58,974 nt of DNA from a virus (lineage: Duplodnaviria > Caudoviricetes): the IMG/VR virus record IMGVR_UViG_3300045996_002045, positions 1 to 58,974 of that record; one strand, written 5' to 3'. Under the pieces are notes generated by a model. That model was not told where the DNA came from. It saw only the letters and a list, made by a program, of their open reading frames with translations, and made no database searches. The translations under genes were made by a program, and so were the position numbers. Of the stretch, positions 54,786-58,974 are shown piece by piece. The number at the start of each line of letters is the position of its first letter. The stretch's first letter is position 1.

Positions 54786-57700
54786 GTGCCCACCAGGTTC
54801 TACCTGCCGGCAACGGGCACCGCCCCGACGGGCAGCTTCGTCCCGCCCACCGGTTCGGGCGCCGGACAGTGGTCCAACGTCGGCAGCGCGCTGATCCGGC
54901 CACTGGTGCGGGCGAAGACGAACACCGCGCTCGCCACGACGACGGTCACGCGCACCAGCACCGGGGCGAACCCGTTCGACCGGCTGCACCGCGTCTACGT
55001 CTCCGAGCCGCTGCCCGTCGCGCAGACGATCAGCGGGTCGTTCTCCGCGGTGATCAAGGCGTGGACGGACAACGCCGGGTATAACACCTTCCTGCAGGTC
55101 GGCATCCGAGTCACGAACGCCGACGGCTCCGTGGTGCGCGGCATCCTCTACGACGGCAGCTCGGCGACCGTCGAGTCTCAGACCGTCGGCGCGGAGAACC
55201 AGGAGATCGCCGGCACGACGTCCGCCGCGCTGGCGACGCGCATCAAGAATGCGATCCCCCTGTCCCGGTCGGTCGCGGCGCAGGCCGGCGACCGGATCGT
55301 GATCTCGATCGGCAACCGCGGTACGGCGCTGACCACGTCGACCATGGACGTCACCTACCAGTGGGGCGACCCGACTGCGACGGCCGACCTGCCGCTGACC
55401 GCGGGCTCCACCGCCGCGGGCGTGCCGTGGATCGAGCTGTCACAGGACGTCTTCGCGGTCCCTGACCTGACGCTCCCGTACAGCGAGAGCTTCACCGGCA
55501 CCGACGGCACGCTGCCGTCCCCCTGGGCGGACACCAGCCACGGCACCGCAGCGATTCAGGGCAACGCGCTCCAGCTGACGCAGTTCGCCGCCGCGTGGGC
55601 CAGCGCCAACGCCCGCCTGATGGGTGGCCTGCCGCAGGACTTCGAGATGGCATGGACGTGGACGCTGGCCACGTCCACCGAGCAGTACCCGACGATCACC
55701 GCGCGGATGCCGGCGTCGGCGGTGCAGGCCGACTACAACGCGCGCGCCAGCGACGGGTTCTACCTGCAGTGCTACCCGGCGGGGGCGTCGGTGCAGTACG
55801 GGCTGACGGTGGCCAGCGCGAAGACCGGCACCGAGGCCAGCGTCAGCGGCTCGCCGGTGACCGCGGTGGGCGTGGCCTACCGCAACCGGCTGCGGATCGA
55901 GGGCAACCGGGTCCGCTACCGGGCGTGGATCGCCGCGAACTCCGAGCCGTCGACCTGGCTGATCGACGACAGCAGCTACACCCTGCCGGCGGGCACGCAG
56001 GTCTCGCTCGGCAACACCTCGGCGACCGCGTCGGTCGTGACGACCATCGACGACGTCACGATCACGACCCCGCCGGCGGCCGCGGTCACGTCCCTCGTCG
56101 AGGTCACGCAGCGCGGGCGCAACGACGACGGCACGCAGGCCTCGGCCACGTGGAAGGCGGCGGCCGGCACCGGCTGGTCGCAGCCGCTGGGGTCGACGTT
56201 CCGCGTGCGGCACCTCATCCGGTCGGAGAACGGCGCGACCAGCACCGACTGGCAGGCCTTCTACTCGCACAACGGCGGGGCGTGGACGCCGGTCACCGGG
56301 ACGTCGTCACCGGTGCGCGCGGTCGCGACGGACTTCCTCACCGACGGCGCGGCGACCACGCAGCAGCTTGGGTCGGGCAGCTTCGTCGCCGGCACCGTCG
56401 ACGAGGGCGGCGGGTTCTTCGGCACGACCAGCCTGGGCGCCAACCAGGAGACCGAGCTCGAGGGCGCGTATCAGGTACTGGCCGCCGGCGCCGCGGTCGG
56501 GGACACCGTGCGCGTGCGGCTGCACCGCGGCAACTGGGCGGCGTTCGACGCCTACACCACCACACCGACGATCACCGTCGCCGCCGCCGAGACGATCCCC
56601 CCGGGGACCCCCGGCGCCGTCCTCGACGAGCCGTTTACCTCCTACCCGCTGACGCAGTGGCCGGCGGGCACCACGCAGGGCCCGTGGGTCGTGAAGTGGG
56701 ACGGCGGCGGGACGATCATCCCGGTCGACGTCTCCGGCGACCGGGTGCTCCAGTTGGAGTCGTCGAAGAACCCCGTCGCCGACGAGTGGGGCGACACCGC
56801 GTCGTCGCTGGTGGTCTCCACGACCCGCAACAGCGGGGACCTGGTGCTGAAGGCGCGCGCCCGGACGATCGCGCAGCTGCGCGACGAGGCCACCCCGGCC
56901 GGCTCCCGCGGCACCCCCAACGCCTGGGAGTGCGCGTGGCTGGGCTGGAACCACTCGACGGTCGCCGGCAATCAGCAGCGCTACTACTACGTGGCGCTGA
57001 AGCCGAACGGCTTCGAGCTGGGCAAGGTGGACCAGACCACCACGCTCCCGGGCGGCCAGCGCTTCCTGTGGACGGACTCGACGCCGTTCACCATCGGCAC
57101 CTGGTATGACGTCGAGGTCCGGCAGGTCGGCTCCAACATCAAGGTGTGGGTCGACGGCACGCTGCGCGCCGACTTCACCGACGGGGCCGGCTCCCAGGGC
57201 ACCCCGGTGTGGGGTACCGCCGGTGAGACGGTGATGACCGCGGGCGCCGTGGTCATGTACCACGAAGACGCCCGCGTCCAGTTCTCCAGCGTCCAGCTCA
57301 ACGCCGGGCTGGCCGTGCAGTCGTCGGCGAGCTCGCCGGCCGGCGCGACCGACACCCACTCGCGGACGCTGACCGCGAACCGCACGGCGGTGGACGCCGC
57401 CGGCGCGACCGACACGCACTCCCGCACGCTCGAGGCGAACCGCACCGCGGTGGACTCCGCGGGCGCCACCGACGCGCACAGCTGGACGATGGCCGCCGGC
57501 CGCAGCGCGACCGACAGCGCCGGGGCCACCGACACGCACGCCTGGACCATGGACTCCGGCCGGACGGCCGTCGACGTCGCCGGGGCCACCGACAGCGCCT
57601 CACGCACCTTGGAGGCGAACCGGGGGGCGTCTGATACCGCCGGCGCCACGGATTCTCACGCCTGGTCCATGGACGTCACCCGCGCGCAGGTGTCGACCGC

Positions 57701-58967
57701 GGGCGCCACCGACACCGCCGCCTGGACGATGGACGCCGGCCGCACGCAGGCCTCGGCCGCCGGGGCGAGCGACGCGCACAGCTGGAGCATGGACGCCGGC
57801 CGCTCCGCGGTGGACAGCGCGGGCGCCACCGACACCGCGAGCCGCACGCTCGAGGCCAACCGGGGTGCTGTCTCCACCGCGGGGGCGTCGGACGCGGTCA
57901 CCGTCGCCATCGACTACGTGCGCACCGCCACGTCGGGTGCCGGCGCCGTCGACTCGGTGACGACGTCGACCGCGCAGGGCCAGGACCGGTCGGCCAGCTC
58001 CGCCGCCGGGGCTACCGACACGGTGACCACCTCGCTGGACGCGCAGCGGTCCACAGTGTCCACCGCCGGGGCTGTGGACAGCGTCACGGTGGCCATCGAC
58101 TACGTGCGCATGGCGTCGTCCGGCGCCGGGGCCACGGACACCGCTAGCGCCTCGCTAACGGCGGTGCGCTCCGCCAGCTCGGGTGCCGGCGCGGTGGACG
58201 CCGCCGGCACGGCGCAGGACTACACCCGCACGGCCACCTCGACCGCCGGGGTCGCCGACACGGCCAGCTGGAGCGCGACCGTCGTCCGGACGGCGTCCTC
58301 GAGCGCGGACGCCCGCGACGAGGTCACCGTGCAGGCGGCCGGGCAGACCAATGCCACGGCGACGTCGGCGGCCGGCGCGACGGACACCGTGGCCGTCATC
58401 CGGGACGTGGTGCGCTACGCCAGCTCCGATGCCGGGGCGAGCGACACGGTCACGCCAGTGCGGGACGTGCACCGCGCGGCGAGCTCCAGCGCGGGCGCCG
58501 TCGACGCGGCGAGCACCTCAGCGGCCGCCGGGCAGGAGCGCTCGGCCGTCTCCGCAGCGGGGGCCACGGACGCCGCGACCACGCAACTCGACTCGGTGCG
58601 CGCGGTAGTCAGCACGGCGGGTGCCACGGATACCGTCACGTGGGAAATGGCCCGGACGATCGTCCGGTACGCCACGTCCGGAGCGGGTGCGACCGACGAG
58701 CTGGCCGCCGTCCGCGACGTGCACCGCACCGCGAGCTCGGCCGCCGGCGCTGTCGACGCCGCCGCCACCGGCCGGGCCGTCACCGCGGCCGCCGTGTCCA
58801 CCGCCGGGGCCACCGACAGCCACTCCTGGACCATCACCACGTTCCGCGGCGCCTACGTGGTGAGGTACGGCGACCCGCGCACCGGGCGCACCGGCCGTGA
58901 GGGACGCCTGCGGACCAACCGGATCACCGGCGCGGTGCGGTATGGCCACACGAAGGAAGGGGAGTGA
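54786..58967 (+). CDS. Giant multidomain fibre/adhesin-like protein with lectin-type beta domains and a C-terminal repeat stalk
   Basis: 1393 aa; GAGGAGG RBS; ConA/DUF1080-like segment (WYDVEVRQVGSNIKVWVDG); AGATD repeats. Confidence 0.75.
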   Translation: MPTRFYLPATGTAPTGSFVPPTGSGAGQWSNVGSALIRPLVRAKTNTALATTTVTRTSTGANPFDRLHRVYVSEPLPVAQTISGSFSAVIKAWTDNAGYNTFLQVGIRVTNADGSVVRGILYDGSSATVESQTVGAENQEIAGTTSAALATRIKNAIPLSRSVAAQAGDRIVISIGNRGTALTTSTMDVTYQWGDPTATADLPLTAGSTAAGVPWIELSQDVFAVPDLTLPYSESFTGTDGTLPSPWADTSHGTAAIQGNALQLTQFAAAWASANARLMGGLPQDFEMAWTWTLATSTEQYPTITARMPASAVQADYNARASDGFYLQCYPAGASVQYGLTVASAKTGTEASVSGSPVTAVGVAYRNRLRIEGNRVRYRAWIAANSEPSTWLIDDSSYTLPAGTQVSLGNTSATASVVTTIDDVTITTPPAAAVTSLVEVTQRGRNDDGTQASATWKAAAGTGWSQPLGSTFRVRHLIRSENGATSTDWQAFYSHNGGAWTPVTGTSSPVRAVATDFLTDGAATTQQLGSGSFVAGTVDEGGGFFGTTSLGANQETELEGAYQVLAAGAAVGDTVRVRLHRGNWAAFDAYTTTPTITVAAAETIPPGTPGAVLDEPFTSYPLTQWPAGTTQGPWVVKWDGGGTIIPVDVSGDRVLQLESSKNPVADEWGDTASSLVVSTTRNSGDLVLKARARTIAQLRDEATPAGSRGTPNAWECAWLGWNHSTVAGNQQRYYYVALKPNGFELGKVDQTTTLPGGQRFLWTDSTPFTIGTWYDVEVRQVGSNIKVWVDGTLRADFTDGAGSQGTPVWGTAGETVMTAGAVVMYHEDARVQFSSVQLNAGLAVQSSASSPAGATDTHSRTLTANRTAVDAAGATDTHSRTLEANRTAVDSAGATDAHSWTMAAGRSATDSAGATDTHAWTMDSGRTAVDVAGATDSASRTLEANRGASDTAGATDSHAWSMDVTRAQVSTAGATDTAAWTMDAGRTQASAAGASDAHSWSMDAGRSAVDSAGATDTASRTLEANRGAVSTAGASDAVTVAIDYVRTATSGAGAVDSVTTSTAQGQDRSASSAAGATDTVTTSLDAQRSTVSTAGAVDSVTVAIDYVRMASSGAGATDTASASLTAVRSASSGAGAVDAAGTAQDYTRTATSTAGVADTASWSATVVRTASSSADARDEVTVQAAGQTNATATSAAGATDTVAVIRDVVRYASSDAGASDTVTPVRDVHRAASSSAGAVDAASTSAAAGQERSAVSAAGATDAATTQLDSVRAVVSTAGATDTVTWEMARTIVRYATSGAGATDELAAVRDVHRTASSAAGAVDAAATGRAVTAAAVSTAGATDSHSWTITTFRGAYVVRYGDPRTGRTGREGRLRTNRITGAVRYGHTKEGE
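57320..58835 (+). repeat. About 24 degenerate 60-bp (20-aa) tandem repeats AGA(T/V/S)D...R
   Basis: GGCGCGACCGACAC at 57342 and 57402; most units 20 aa, a few 21-23 aa. Confidence 0.9.
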
Positions 58968-58974
58968 CCGTGGA
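58828..58974. repeat. Terminal direct repeat, copy 2
   Basis: Matches 1-147 with one mismatch. Confidence 0.95.

Noticed and set aside
57320-58835. Regular 60-bp periodicity suggesting a CRISPR array
   Set aside because: Units are degenerate in-frame coding repeats with no constant repeat plus unique spacer, and there are no cas genes
1-58974. Integrase/attP, tRNA genes, DNA polymerase, methyltransferase
   Set aside because: No supporting motifs found by eye; absence needs confirming with HMM and tRNAscan searches

Overview
The window looks like a complete, circularly assembled genome (~58.8 kb unit plus a 147-bp terminal overlap) of a very GC-rich, long-tailed (siphovirus-type) phage, most likely infecting an actinomycete. 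The host assignment is inferred from GC content, leaderless promoters and gene families. Layout: accessory, early and replication genes (RecE/RecT-like pair, resolvase, replication initiator, primase-helicase, FtsK ATPase) at ~0.5-24 kb; an AT-rich probable packaging/terminus zone with an HNH gene at ~24 kb; terminase, portal, Clp protease-scaffold, capsid, neck and tail genes at 26.5-52 kb; lysis genes at 52-54 kb; and a repeat-rich fibre cassette that wraps the junction. I found no integrase, parAB, DNA polymerase, tRNA or CRISPR array. The most unusual features are: (1) two paralogous GH46 chitosanase domains, one in a signal-peptide protein next to an esterase-FN3-CAP gene and one fused inside the distal tail protein; (2) a genome-wide palindrome TAGCGC-NN-GCGCTA that overlaps, and often forms the -35 of, many mostly leaderless promoters, including a symmetric bidirectional one; (3) a papain-like protease whose catalytic-His segment precedes the catalytic Cys; (4) candidate structured RNAs. 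All assignments come from reading motifs by eye; no database search was run.
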